Shown in pieces: positions 11,314-22,499 of a stretch of 64,000 nucleotides of DNA (position 1 is its first letter; each line of letters opens with the position of its first letter). A program made the translations under genes and the position numbers. The notes under the pieces were generated by a model, which saw nothing but the letters and a program-made list of their open reading frames with translations, did no database searches and had not been told where the DNA came from. This stretch comes from Lytechinus pictus (taxonomy: Eukaryota): positions 30,504,001 through 30,568,000 of the forward strand of contig NC_087248.1 in NCBI RefSeq assembly GCF_037042905.1, given 5' to 3'.

Positions 11314-13715
11314 TGTATGTAAACTGTGTAGAAATTCTAGAATCTACTGGTGCTGGCATTTATACATGTACAAGCAATATCTCAAGATAAGTTGTATTGA
11401 GTAACGCTTATTAAAGATATTACGGCAGAATTGGCATCTATGGCTTTGTGTGCATCAGCAGGCGTTTGCGACTGCTAGATCATTCATACATGAGAGGAAA
11501 ATAATTTTTTTGAAATTTCAATATCAACTCCGAATCCCCAAATTTGTGGCACTTTGATAGTTGAAGAGTCCCTGAATCAGATAATCTAGCAAATTTGAGA
11601 AAAAAATAATCTTGCTTAGGGCAATGTTGTCTGTTTTTGACTGCTGCAATCATGCAATGGCGAAAGTTCGCTACAGTCCCATGCATGTTTGGCCCTATGA
11701 ATGGGTAGATCTACTGCTACTGGTTTAATTTTATCAGCATAGTCATACATGTACTCATAGATGTAGAGTCTATTCTATGCTTTCCTCTCATATTCATTTG
11801 TAGGATTTTCTAAACCAATAATCACTGATATGATAATGGCATTATGGCCTACATTCCAATTCATATAGATCAAATATTAAAATTATTAGACCTAGAGTCT
11901 ATGTCCAAAGGGGGAAAAAATGTGCATAAAATTGAATTACATACCCCGCCATGCAATCACAGTGGCTGGCAACAACATCGCCAGATTTGTTAATAGCAAG
12001 CCAAAGTCTTGATTTTTTACCATGTTTGACTTCAGTTCTGAACAAGAATTTGTCCTTCCTCAATTTCTTTACAAGAAGCGTGTGCACAAGTCCACTGATG
12101 AAGTACAGGTGTAATTATAACTATCCAAACTCTTATAAGCTCTCATTGTCTCTCTTGTGTGGATTCCAACATTGTCAATCAAATAATTAAAAATATCAGC
12201 GTAAGTGACCTCCGGCCACAGCGTCATGTTGTCAACGAAAGATCTCGTTTCATGCTGATACGGACATGCTTCCAAGTCCAAAATCGACAGTTTTTCTTCA
12301 TACCGCCGACGACTATTCGCATCCAGTCTGTCCATGTAAGCAGCGTTTCTTCCGCTCTTAGACTTTTCCATCCTCGATAAATTTGTGATCCAAATGAAAA
12401 ACAAAAACAAAAACAGTAACGTGATCACCCCTCAGATCAGCTCCAACGAGAAATTCTTCACTGATTCTCCATATGAATAGCAAGTGGTCGACAATTAATG
12501 CAGCACACAACGATTATACACGAGTGGACTGTAGTTTAATTTGTACGCGGTGCGCGCGTGCACGTCTAACAATTTGTTTTTGCCCCGCAGGCCGCGATTT
12601 TGATTGACGTGTGACGTCACGGAACGTCGTCTATTGCATGAATTGAAGAGGAGTGCAATGAGTACAATGGCCTCACTTCATAATATCAGTGTGATCACAG
12701 AAATATGACATGTACAGTATCTCATTATGAAGCCACTTAGCATCACTGAGCATCGAATTGCATTAATTATTGTACGCATTGCATACCAGTATTTCCTACG
12801 TGCACATTAGACTATTCAATACGGAACCATATTGAACAGCAAGTTTTCTACACATGGCCCATGGGATATTCATCAGATTTTGATACTTTGTACAAAACGC
12901 TCTCATATTGAAGAGGCATGTGATGGAGATGCGTTTTGGTGCATCGCTAAAACACATGGAAATATGATCATGCATGTTCTGGCCTTTGGTTCAGGGATGA
13001 CCCCGCGCAGGGAACTTTTCTTCAAAGGGGAGCAGAACATCACAAGAAACAAAAAATATGCAATCGCCACCAACTAGTACATGTATAAGCTGCCAAAATC
13101 CTTGCAGATGTTTGGCTCGAAACAAATTAGTCAATATAAAGATTGTTGCATTGAAAATGTACACAAGGAGAAAATGTAATAGTTTTACTAGGAAAAACGT
13201 TTGCCATGAAATGCATGTACTATTTTTCATAATTCATTTTCCTTGCTGATGTCACGCATAGACTTTTTTTTTTCTCTCGAGAAAATTTGAAATATATGTT
13301 TCTCTGATTCCCCTCCCCCTTACTATGCTCAAGACGCATATATACTGCTGGCCCCGCGCATGGCAGCTCATTGTCATTTTCATTGTGTGTGCCTACATGT
13401 ACGTACAAGTAGCAAGCATGGGGGAGGGGTCTGCCTGCACAGCAATCAGCATATAAAATATGTAAAAAAGTTACATCAAATTTTTTAAAGAAGTTGCATG
13501 CTAGTACAGTTTTTGTATTATTATTTCACTTTTGGCCATAATTTTTATTAGGGTCTATTGATGACCGGACATGTTGCCACTTGCTTCACAAGTACAGTGG
13601 GGGGTCGTGTGTCTGAACACTTTAAAATCTTGAAGCTCATTTTCAGGCCTCTACAATTTTTTTTTTCATCACTTGCTCGACAGGGCAAGTGATGACAAAA
13701 TTTGCTTACCTGATA

Positions 13716-13878
13716 CAGGGGCCGCGGAAGCGGGGGGGGGGGGGGGGTGGGGGGGTGTGGGGGGGGGGCGCACATACAAAATCGTAAAAATTACCATATG
13801 ATTGTGATTTTTTGCATGATCAGCCCCCCCACTTTTGGCTCAGCCCCCCAACTTTGAAAACCGTTCCACGCCCCTTGT
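13716..13878. mobile_element. hAT-like MITE (related end fragment at about 22770-22864)
   Basis: CAGGGGCCGCGGAA...TTCCACGCCCCTTG imperfect ends with G/C runs. It shares TTGTGATTTTTTGCATG...CTTTGAAAACCGTTCC with the 22.8-kb copy. No TSD was confirmed. Confidence 0.5.
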
Positions 13879-15592
13879 GATAGAAAAAAGTGCTTGCCCA
13901 ATTTTTTTTATGATTCTTTTGCTCTTAAATATTTTTTTTCATGGTACTACCCTTAATTTCGAAGGTCAAGAGAAAAAACGTCAGCGAAGTCATGACATCA
14001 GTTCTTTTGGCTATCATAGACCCGGATCTGCTAATTTTTTAGTCAGTTTTGCTAGTAGCTTCACTCACACTACCTTTGGAGCTATAAAAACAAGTCACTG
14101 CCCATCGTGACGACAAAAATTGCTGATTTTAGTCTGATGGCTCATTTTTTACTCGGTTGGGAACAATCACAAATCGTGAGGCTGAGTCACAAAGTTTGCT
14201 GCGAGCTCGAGAATCAGCTGCCTCCTCGACCTCATATAGCGCCAATGTACAGAGCATGCCGTGTGTTGCAGCCCTCTACGTTCGTTGGTCACTGGCTTAT
14301 TGTGCAAGATAAAATTTTGTGGCTTACCTTTAGAATCCGATGTCATGAATCGATAACAGATCTATGTGATATAATGTCTCGCGTGTGTGTGATACCTCGT
14401 TCTTACACTGAAGATAGTAATTGAGTAGCCATGTTCTCATTATTGTTGGATTCTAAAGTTACTCCAATTTTGTAAGAGAAATTGATGAATTTTCGCTTGT
14501 TAATTTTTCCAAATGGATTTGAAAATTGATCATACATCCGGACACACAACAACTGGATAGTCTCTAGTTCTGTTAGATCTACATAAATCTAACTTTGTTT
14601 TGTTAGATTCCCATTTTGACATTGTTTTGGTATCAAAGTATTCAAACTAGGCCCCTACTTTTTAATTTATTTTATTATGATGCCTTTCTTGTTTTCATAC
14701 CTTCAAAATATTACTATTCGCAACCCAAACACGGAGACAGAAAAGAAGTGCAAGCGTTTTGGGCTGCCACAATTATAGGGCCTACATAGCCTTGAGGACT
14801 CCATGATGATGTTTTTTTAATATTTTGACATAGGGGAGACCGGGGTTAGTTGGAACACGGGGTAAGTTGAAACATTGTAATTTTCTTTAACGTCTTTAAA
14901 TAAATTTCTGCAATACTGCCCTCAATTTATTGTCATTATCAACAGCCATCCACCATATTACAGACAACACATGTGCAACAAGCCTGGTGAAGTTAGAAAG
15001 GAATTTTTGTTTTTTGACCTTCTGAGTAATTTTTTTCTCTTTCAGAAATGTTTTATTATTTCAGAGAAGTTTATAGATCAAGTTGGCCAGTTTGGGGGTA
15101 TGATAGACACTGGTACCAAGCTACAAAATAAGGTTATTAATATGCCATGGTGAAGTCCCTTTTTTGTGCTGTAAGCTTATAAACGTCAAATGGGCCTCCG
15201 GGGTTAGTTGGAACACAATTGAAGGGGCTAGTTGGAACATGTTCCAACTTACCCCAAACATAATTATGAATAAAAACATATAAAGTATTTCACACTCTTC
15301 TGAACATGTATTGTATACCATGCTTGTTTTGTTTATCAGTTAGGTCTGAGTGTGCATTTAAGGCCTATTGTAGGCCCCTAATGCAATATTAACCCAAGGT
15401 TATCAAACTGGGGGGTCAATTTGAGCCCCCCTCGAGAAATTTGGTCACTATGCCGTCGCGCGAAATTTGTTGACTTACACTGCTTGCTGAATTTTTACTT
15501 TCAAGTCTAGCGCATCATTTGAGACGAAATTTGCGATGCCTGTGTGCGCGGTTATCGAAATTACGCAACATTTTGTACGTGCATGTCGGACC

Positions 15593-18500
15593 CACTGAAC
15601 TAGAAATACGTGGAAGTCGTGTTCACCCAAGCAAAACATCGCCGGCGAACTCGATAAGTCACGTGACCGCCGCCATTTTGCTAGGTCAATTGTTCGAGAA
15701 CGCGCCGTAGAAGGCAATTGAAAGTATGTGCAAGATGCAATATGTTTTCTCTATAAATATAAAATTAATACTGATGTACTTAGTGTGGCAAAGTGTATTT
15801 TAATGTCAGTAAGCCAATCATGTACAAACATATGTCTATATGCACAATGTACTGGGACCTGGTAATTCATGTAGTTTTAAAAAAAAGGGTTTAAATCAGG
15901 GTGACCAGATTTCAAAAAATGAAATACGGGACAATCGATAAAAAAAGATCATCAAAGAAGGCTACACAGTATTATACTTGTGAAAAACTATAAAGAATTG
16001 GAAGGGGGAGGGTGGGAGGGTGAACGAAAGAATGAAGGAGAGAAAGAAAAGAAATGAAATGAGAAAGAAGAAAGAAAAAAACGAAGGGGAAAATGAGAGA
16101 AAGTAAGAATAATTAAAAAGACGATGAAAGAAAGAATAAAAGATAAAAAAAGGTTTCCGTTATTCTTTGAATTCATCGAATATAGAAAGAAAGAAAAAGA
16201 AAGAAAGGGAAGATGTGTGACAGACAAAATAAAGGTGAGAAAGAAAAAGTAAGAAAAAGAAGGGAAAAAAAGAATGAAGGAAAGAAAAATGTTTTCATTC
16301 TTTGAAAGAAAGAAACGAAGAAAGAAGAAAACAGGAAGGGGGAAGGAAGGAAGGAAGGGAGGGAGGGAAAGAAAGAATTAGAAGGAAAAATAGAATAAAG
16401 AATGAAAGAAAGAATGAAAGAGAGGGGGGAAAGTTTGGAGGGAGGAGAGAATGAAAAAAAAAATGGAAGGAGAGAAAAAACGAAAAGAAATTAAAGGTGA
16501 GGAAGGGAGAAGGAAGTAAATAAAAAGGGCAGATGAGAGAAAGAAGGAAAGAAAGAAAATTAACACACAGACTGGATCAGGAAAGAAATGTAGGAAATAT
16601 TAAAAGATAGATGGAACAAACAAAAAGCAAGCAGGAAGGATAGAAGGATGAAGAATAAAAATGAAAGAGGAAAAAGTTCAAACTTCAAGCAAACAAAAGC
16701 AATCCAATCATCTAACAGAAATGATAATGATATATTTTGTGTTTTTTAGATATATATCTTTAAAATTTTGAAAAACTAAGTGGTTTAGAAATGAATAAAA
16801 TTTCAAAGTGAAACATTGTCAACTTACAAATTAGAGGAAACAGCGCCGACATCCTACACAACAAGACTCAAAACGAAAGCTAAAACAACTACATGTAGAT
16901 CCAGTTATGAAAACTAAAAAAACTTGTTCCTCCTATTAAATCAGTAATCTGAGAATCTATAATATATGATCATAAAAATTTCCCGCCGATTTTGCGATTA
17001 TTTTGGTGGAAAAACTGTTTATCATGTGAGATTGTTTGCACCATTGAGAATCTGCTCCGATCCTATATGCATAGAGCCTGCCACACACAGGCAGGAAGCC
17101 AGCTCGTTTGCAATGTAGGCCTATTGGGTTAGGATAAAAATCACCCGCAAAACTTTGCAAAAGTTTAGTTATCGATTTATTGTTGTCTCTGCTTCGTCAT
17201 CTGTTAAGTTATTTGATGAAAATTCATCACTTTTAAATGTATCAACTACATTTTGTTCAATATTCTAAAAATACGGGACAGATAGGTGTCCCGGGAAGGG
17301 TTTGTCGGGACGCCGGGACACAGGAGCAAAATACGGGACGTCTGGTCACCCTGGAAATATTTGACAAGAGGTAGTGGTCTTTTTGTGCAATTTTTGACAT
17401 GTGGAATATTTCATATATACTGACCAGGATATGCATATAATTATTTGGTATGTGAAAATAAGCGAAATTTAGTGCCACAACTTTTTAAATGGAATTACCA
17501 TTGCTATGTCTTTCTGATCTGTGCTCTAATTAGTAAACTTGTTAGAGTTGAATTTGTTTATCCATCACCCCTTCCTTTATGTAAAGGTGTATTGATGTAT
17601 AAGCACATGTCGTGCAACATCCATGCTCTTCCAAATTAAATTTCATAAGAATTCAAATTATATTGTGCCCATTTTTATATACACTGTACTTAGTAGATAT
17701 TTCATGGCTGAGCACACGAAGGTCCAACTTTGAAGGCTCATTAAAAGTAACAACCTTCTTGTCCTCAAACTTCTATCCAATTTTTCACCCTGAATGTGTG
17801 ATTGAACAGTATGAGAGGGAGGGAAGGGAATATTTACTCAAAATTTATATAGAGAAAGTTGAAATGAGAAAGGCAAAATGGTAAAGATGCAGCCGGAGAG
17901 AAAACAAGAAACAGACGATCAACGAGAAGAGATGGAAAGTAGAGGAAGATCAAAGAGAGAGAGAGAGGGAGAGAAAGGGGGAAATGACGAGGAATGAGAA
18001 AAAGGTGAGGAGAGAAAGGCGAGACGAGAGGGAGATAAGAGGGCTTGATATAAGGGAGATGGGGAAATAAAAGAGAGATATAAGGGGGATATATAGAAAG
18101 GGAAGGTAAGAGAGAGAGAGAGATGAGAAAGAAGAGGAAAATCAGAGAGAAAGAAGCCAAAGAGAAAGCAAAAATAATAAAGAGGGAGATCGCGATGATA
18201 TAAAGGGGAGAAATAAGAGAGAGAGGGGCATGAAAGTAGAAATGGAAGAAATAGAAGGGGATGGAGAAAAGGGAGGATAAGAGAGATGGACAGAAGAGGA
18301 AAATCAGAGAAAATGAGATGAGATGAATAGTTGAATGAGAAGGGAGGTTTAAAAAAAAGCTAGAGAAAAGGGACATGATTTCTAATCGTTAAAAGATTTT
18401 TTTTTTAAATGCAACCAGCTTGTAGGCCTTTATTGTTCAGACAAATTGTAGGCCTACTCAGAAAGCAAATTTGTTGTTGGGCCTTTCTTTGTCATAGTGT

Positions 18501-18852
18501 GCGCGTGAAAAAGGTCGAGTTTTTATGATTTCATGTCTGTATGTTTACTCCCCTTTAAATTTTTTTTAATACAAAAATGTGACTAAATCAACATTTTCAG
18601 TTATGAAAGTATTCAATAACATATAGTTCATGATGTAACAAAGCAAACTAAAACTTTAAACAGCACAAGGAACACTTTCTTTGCGTTCCTTTCTCCCATC
18701 TGCCTTCACGCAGCATTTGTCGACTAGCCAGTATTGACCTAGCAAAATGGCGGCGCGCTCAGTCGAGCGTGAAGTCCGATGCTCTTCGTTGCCGCACGGC
18801 TTTGTGTACGTTGGGAATAGGGACACGTATTCCACGTATCTCTAGTTCAGTG
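15593..18852. mobile_element. Non-autonomous P-element-like DNA transposon
   Basis: 23-bp TIRs CACTGAACTAGA(A/G)ATACGTGGAA, a perfect 8-bp TSD GTCGGACC (15585-15592, 18853-18860), and a perfect 23-bp subterminal inverted repeat (15668-15690 / 18733-18755). The boundaries are firm; the superfamily is inferred. Confidence 0.8.
15897..17353. mobile_element. hAT-Blackjack-like non-autonomous element
   Basis: TIRs CAGGGTGACCAGA / TCTGGTCACCCTG, repeated AAATACGGGAC subterminal motifs and a GA-rich interior. No clean TSD. Confidence 0.7.
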
Positions 18853-20185
18853 GTCGGACCCAAAATTGCTCAAAAACGTGATTCCATGTACAAGGTCAAT
18901 GCAAATTGTGTTTTTCAACCAAAAGTCATAAATGTATGATTATTTTTTACTCTTGTTGGTTCAAATAGATTTATTATATGCTATTTATGATCGCAAAAGA
19001 GTCCCAACAAAGTTCATTGGAAAAAACAAAGGTTCGAAAAAACAAAGAAATACAAATAAAAAAACAAAAAATACATAAATTATATTTTTTGCAATTTTTG
19101 GTGGATATTTGTTATAAAAAATTATGTGAAAATTGATACTCTCACCAAAAATTAGCATTCTACTAGCTTAATAAATAGAGTTAAAGGCGAAAACATTAAA
19201 AAAAACAAATTTAGGGCAAATTTCATATGCTTATTTGCATAATTAATTAATGAAAAAAATGTAAACAATTATTTTTTGTCTTGTAAATTTGATGCAGAAG
19301 TACATGAAATTGCTGATAGTACACTTAATTGCATGTAAAATCAAACGCACCCAAATATGTGGAATTCTACTACACAGTCTGCTTGCGTGAGTGGCTGTAT
19401 ATTATAGAAAACATAAAGTTCAACACATCCATACTTCAAATATTTTGAACTTGAAAAAATAAAGCAAATAGGCTAAAACCATGTAATATTACAGTTTTAA
19501 GTAGTTTTAGTATAATTCTTAATTGACCATGCAGTGTTCCAACTTACCCCGTATTGGGGTAAGTTGGAACGTTTGCGATGGTCTTGTTCAAGGTGGATTT
19601 TTTCAGTAACCATAATAGAGTTAAAAATTTTATGGGGCACATTTGAAGCCCTTAGATATATGCTTCAAGCTGATATATTGATTGTTTCTCGAATAAAATT
19701 TATTTGGATTTTACAGCCATTTCTGTCAAAAATGTTCCAACTAACCCCGGTCTCCCCCTACTGTATATACTGCTTCATCATGGAGCCTTGAACCGCCTGC
19801 CATATATGCATAAGCGAGACCTCCACACCCGGATGGATTTCCTTAGGAAATCCATTTACAGGGTGAAATCGGTTTATAAGTGTGAATTTTATTGATATTT
19901 GAACCTTCAAACACCTTATGCGTATAAAGGTTCCAAAAATTGGTTTAAAAAAAAAGGTGAAAATTTTAAGGTTTCTTACCAGACCAATCTCGTGTAGATC
20001 CCTCGATCCGTTTGTCAACAAAGCAAATACAAAAGGTCTGATTCTTGAACCGCTTCGTTATGACATACATTCGATTAGCCATGTTACAAAATGCCGTTTT
20101 GAAGAACAATTTATAGCTATACAAATTATTATTTAACAAATACTAAAATTTAATACGTGATTATAAATAATTATTGTAATAATAA

Positions 20186-22015
20186 TAAATACGGGACAAA
20201 TAGGCAAGGGTGTGTCGGGACGCCGGGACAAAGGAGCAAAATACGGGACGATCCGGGAAATACGGGACGTCTGGTCACCCTGGCCCCGGCTCAGTTCAAA
20301 TCACAATCATTCAGCATGTTCAGACACACTTTATTTTCAACTCCAAATCCAAGGAATGATGAATGACTCGGCACTCTGTAACAGTAAGTAACGTTAGATC
20401 TAACACATTACATCACATGTAGGCCCTAGCTTTGAGCACTCCATGATGAAGTATTTCAGAATATTGGACAAAATGTAGTTAATACATTTAAAATTGACGA
20501 ATTTTCATCACACAACCAACAGATGACGAAGCAGAGACAACAATAAAATCGACTTTTGCAAGTTCTGCGGTGATTTTCTTGCTAACCCAATACATTACAA
20601 ATGAACTGGCCTCCTGCATGCCTCTGTGTGGCAGGCTACTAGCTGTAGAATTGGAGCAGATTCCCAATGGTGCAAACAATGACATGATAGACAGTTTTCC
20701 ATCAAAATAATCACAAAATCGGCGGGAAATTTGTATAATTATATTATGGGTTCTCAGATTACTGATTTGGAGATGTAATCAGAGAAAAAGTTGAGTTTTC
20801 ATAACTAGATCTAATTGTTTCAGCTTTCGTTTTGAGTCAGATTGTTGTGTATGATGCCGCGATGTTTCATTTAATTTTTAAGTTGGCAATGTTTCACTTT
20901 GAAATTTTATTAATTTCTAAAACATTTTAGTTTAAAAAAAAAAATTTTGGTATTGGTATTGGTGGTGATTTTTTACCTGATTGCTAAGAAAGCATGAATG
21001 CTTGTAAGCAAGCAACCAGAGGACCGACGGCTTAAGGTCCTCTCCGAAGGACCTGGTACTGAGGATTAATGCCTTACCAAAGGGCACTAGCGCACCAAGT
21101 GGGAATCGAACCAGGGTCACCGGAATACGAGTCCCCCGCTCTACTGACTGAGCTATCGCGCTTCCATAAAAAAAAATTAAAATATATTTGAAAAAAAAAC
21201 ACCAAATATCATTATGATCTTTGTTAGATGATTGGATTGTTTTTGTTTGCTTGAAATTTGAACATTTTTCCTCTTTCTTTCTTTTCTATCCGTCTTTCTT
21301 CATCCTTCTATCCTTCCTGCTTACCCTTTTGGTTCCATCTATCTTTCTTTCCTGATCCTTTCTCTATGTGTTCATTTTTCTTTCTTTCCTTCTTTCTCTT
21401 ACTTGCCTTTTAAAATTTTCTTCATTCTATCTTTCTTTAAACTTTTCTTTGCTTCCTTCTCCCTTCCTCTCCTTTTTATTTTCGTTCTTTCTCTCCTTCC
21501 ATTATTTTTTTTCATTCTCTCCTCTCTTTCCTCCTTTCTTTCATTCTTTATTTTATTTTTTCTTCTAATTCTTTTTTCCTTAATTCTTACTTTCTTTCCC
21601 TCCCTTTCTTCCTCCCTGTTTTTCTTCGTTTTTCTTTCTTTCAAAGAATAAAACATTTTTCTTTCCTTCATTCTTTTTTTCCTCCTCCTTTTTACTTAAT
21701 TTCTTTCTCTCCTCATTTTGTCTTTCGCACATTTTTTCATCTTCCCTTCCTTTCTTTCTAATTCTATATTCAATTCAAAGAATGACGGAAATCATTTCTC
21801 TTTTATTCTTCCTTTTGTCCTTTTTGTTTTTTATTTTTTCCGTCATTTTTTCTTTCTTTCTTCTCAATTCATCTCTTACTTTCGTCATTTTTTCTCTCCT
21901 TCATTCTTTCGTTCACCCTCCCTTCCAACTGTGTAGCCAATCTTTGTTAATTTTTTTTGTCGATTGTCCCGTAGTAGGCGTACGGTAGACGCTATTTCAT
22001 TTTGTGAAATCTGGC
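20186..22015. mobile_element. Second, rearranged Blackjack-like copy
   Basis: A right end ending TCTGGTCACCCTG lies at 20282. About 20450-22015 is the reverse complement of about 15905-17270, interrupted by a SINE. Confidence 0.65.
20945..21165 (-). mobile_element. tRNA-derived SINE
   Basis: The minus-strand head carries an A box (TAGCTCAGTCAG) and a B box (GGTTCGATTCC). A non-tRNA body and short repeated tail follow. It is flanked by duplicated A-runs. Confidence 0.85.
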
Positions 22016-22405
22016 CGGGGCAATATATAAAATAATGCTAGTGGTTCCATAGTTAAATATTCAATGCCATTCAGCCAGGCTTCAATCACAGATTGTCATG
22101 ATTGTGTGAGTTAAATCTAATTTAATGCCTGGCTATCACGGCTATGCGACGCGATGTTTAGCGCCGTATTGAGCTCAGCTAGCGGGAGCCAGAGACTGAG
22201 ACAAGCAGAAGCGACCGACCGAGCGCGGCTCGAACGACCTGGGTGCGAATGGTGTTGCTCCGAATCCACTAAGCCAAATCGTTTAGGGGCAATTGTAAAC
22301 GCATTTCAAATGATTAAATGCTAAAACTTCACACAAAAGATATTTAGGCGATCATCAAAATAAAAAAGCAGAATATTAATATAATTTTGAGCTGCAATAT
22401 CTTAC

Positions 22406-22471
22406 TTTGAGCATTGAACTTCCCCCTCCACCGCCTCCGGTCCCACTCGGTTTACTTCCGACAGTCGCCAT
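22406..22471 (-). CDS. CUL5: Cullin-5, coding exon 1
   Basis: Minus strand reads MATVGSKPSGTGGGGGGSSMLK then a GTAAGA donor (phase 0). It matches the CUL5 N-terminus MAT...LLK and splices in frame to exon 2. The surrounding sequence is CpG-rich. Confidence 0.85.
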
Positions 22472-22483
22472 TTTTCAGGGAGT

Positions 22484-22499
22484 TGACCTTGAATGACCT
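22484..22499 (-). promoter_or_regulatory. Perfect DR4 nuclear-receptor-type motif next to the cul5 start codon
   Basis: AGGTCA-TTCA-AGGTCA on the minus strand, 12 bp upstream of the ATG. Function not shown. Confidence 0.4.

Larger units (their letters stand above)
8386..12371 (-). pseudogene. ISL2EU accessory gene: SWIM zinc finger + YqaJ/lambda-exonuclease-like nuclease, three exons, disabled
   Basis: Exons 12371-11945, 10676-10550 and 9441-8386 join through GT-AG introns with matching phases. The SWIM motif CDCMAG|LGEVCSH spans intron 1. YqaJ motifs: WHTHRQGKITAS, WGIEHE, AASPDRLI, LEIKCP, YYSQVQ. There is an 8-bp frameshifting insertion at about 12106 and an in-frame TAA at 8467-8469 before KFFKKSIIP. 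Confidence 0.88.
2624..12632. mobile_element. Full-length ISL2EU-type (PIF/Harbinger-related) DNA transposon in cul5 intron 1
   Basis: Imperfect TIRs AGACGAGGTTCCAATGACGTCAC / GTGACGTCACGGAACGTCGTCT, AT on both flanks (2622-2623, 12633-12634), and a perfect 17-bp subterminal inverted motif CTGCGGGGCAAAAACAA (2665-2681 / 12574-12590). It encodes a THAP-DDE transposase and a YqaJ exonuclease, the known ISL2EU gene pair. Confidence 0.9.
15393..19300. mobile_element. Probable piggyBac-like MITE split by the P-like insertion; right end not resolved
   Basis: It starts TTAA|CCC at 15389-15395, and the sequence reads through across the duplicated GTCGGACC site. The end coordinate is approximate. Confidence 0.4.
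14829..19763. mobile_element. Non-autonomous Tc1/mariner-pogo-like element, outermost layer of a nested stack
   Basis: TIR core GGGGAGACCGGGGTTAGTTGGAACA at 14833 and inverted at about 19733-19757. The right end is CTACTG|TA and the left tip is eroded. Subterminal GGGGTWAGTTGGAACA motifs are repeated. Confidence 0.7.

Noticed and set aside
17834-18376. 180-aa hydrophobic ORF, and similar ORFs near 1736-2048, 16-16.6 kb, 21.4-22 kb and 34.6-34.9 kb
   Set aside because: Translations of GA/CT low-complexity tracts, not membrane proteins.
21090-21165. Possible tRNA gene
   Set aside because: It is a SINE head: the anticodon arm is degenerate and it continues into a body and tail.
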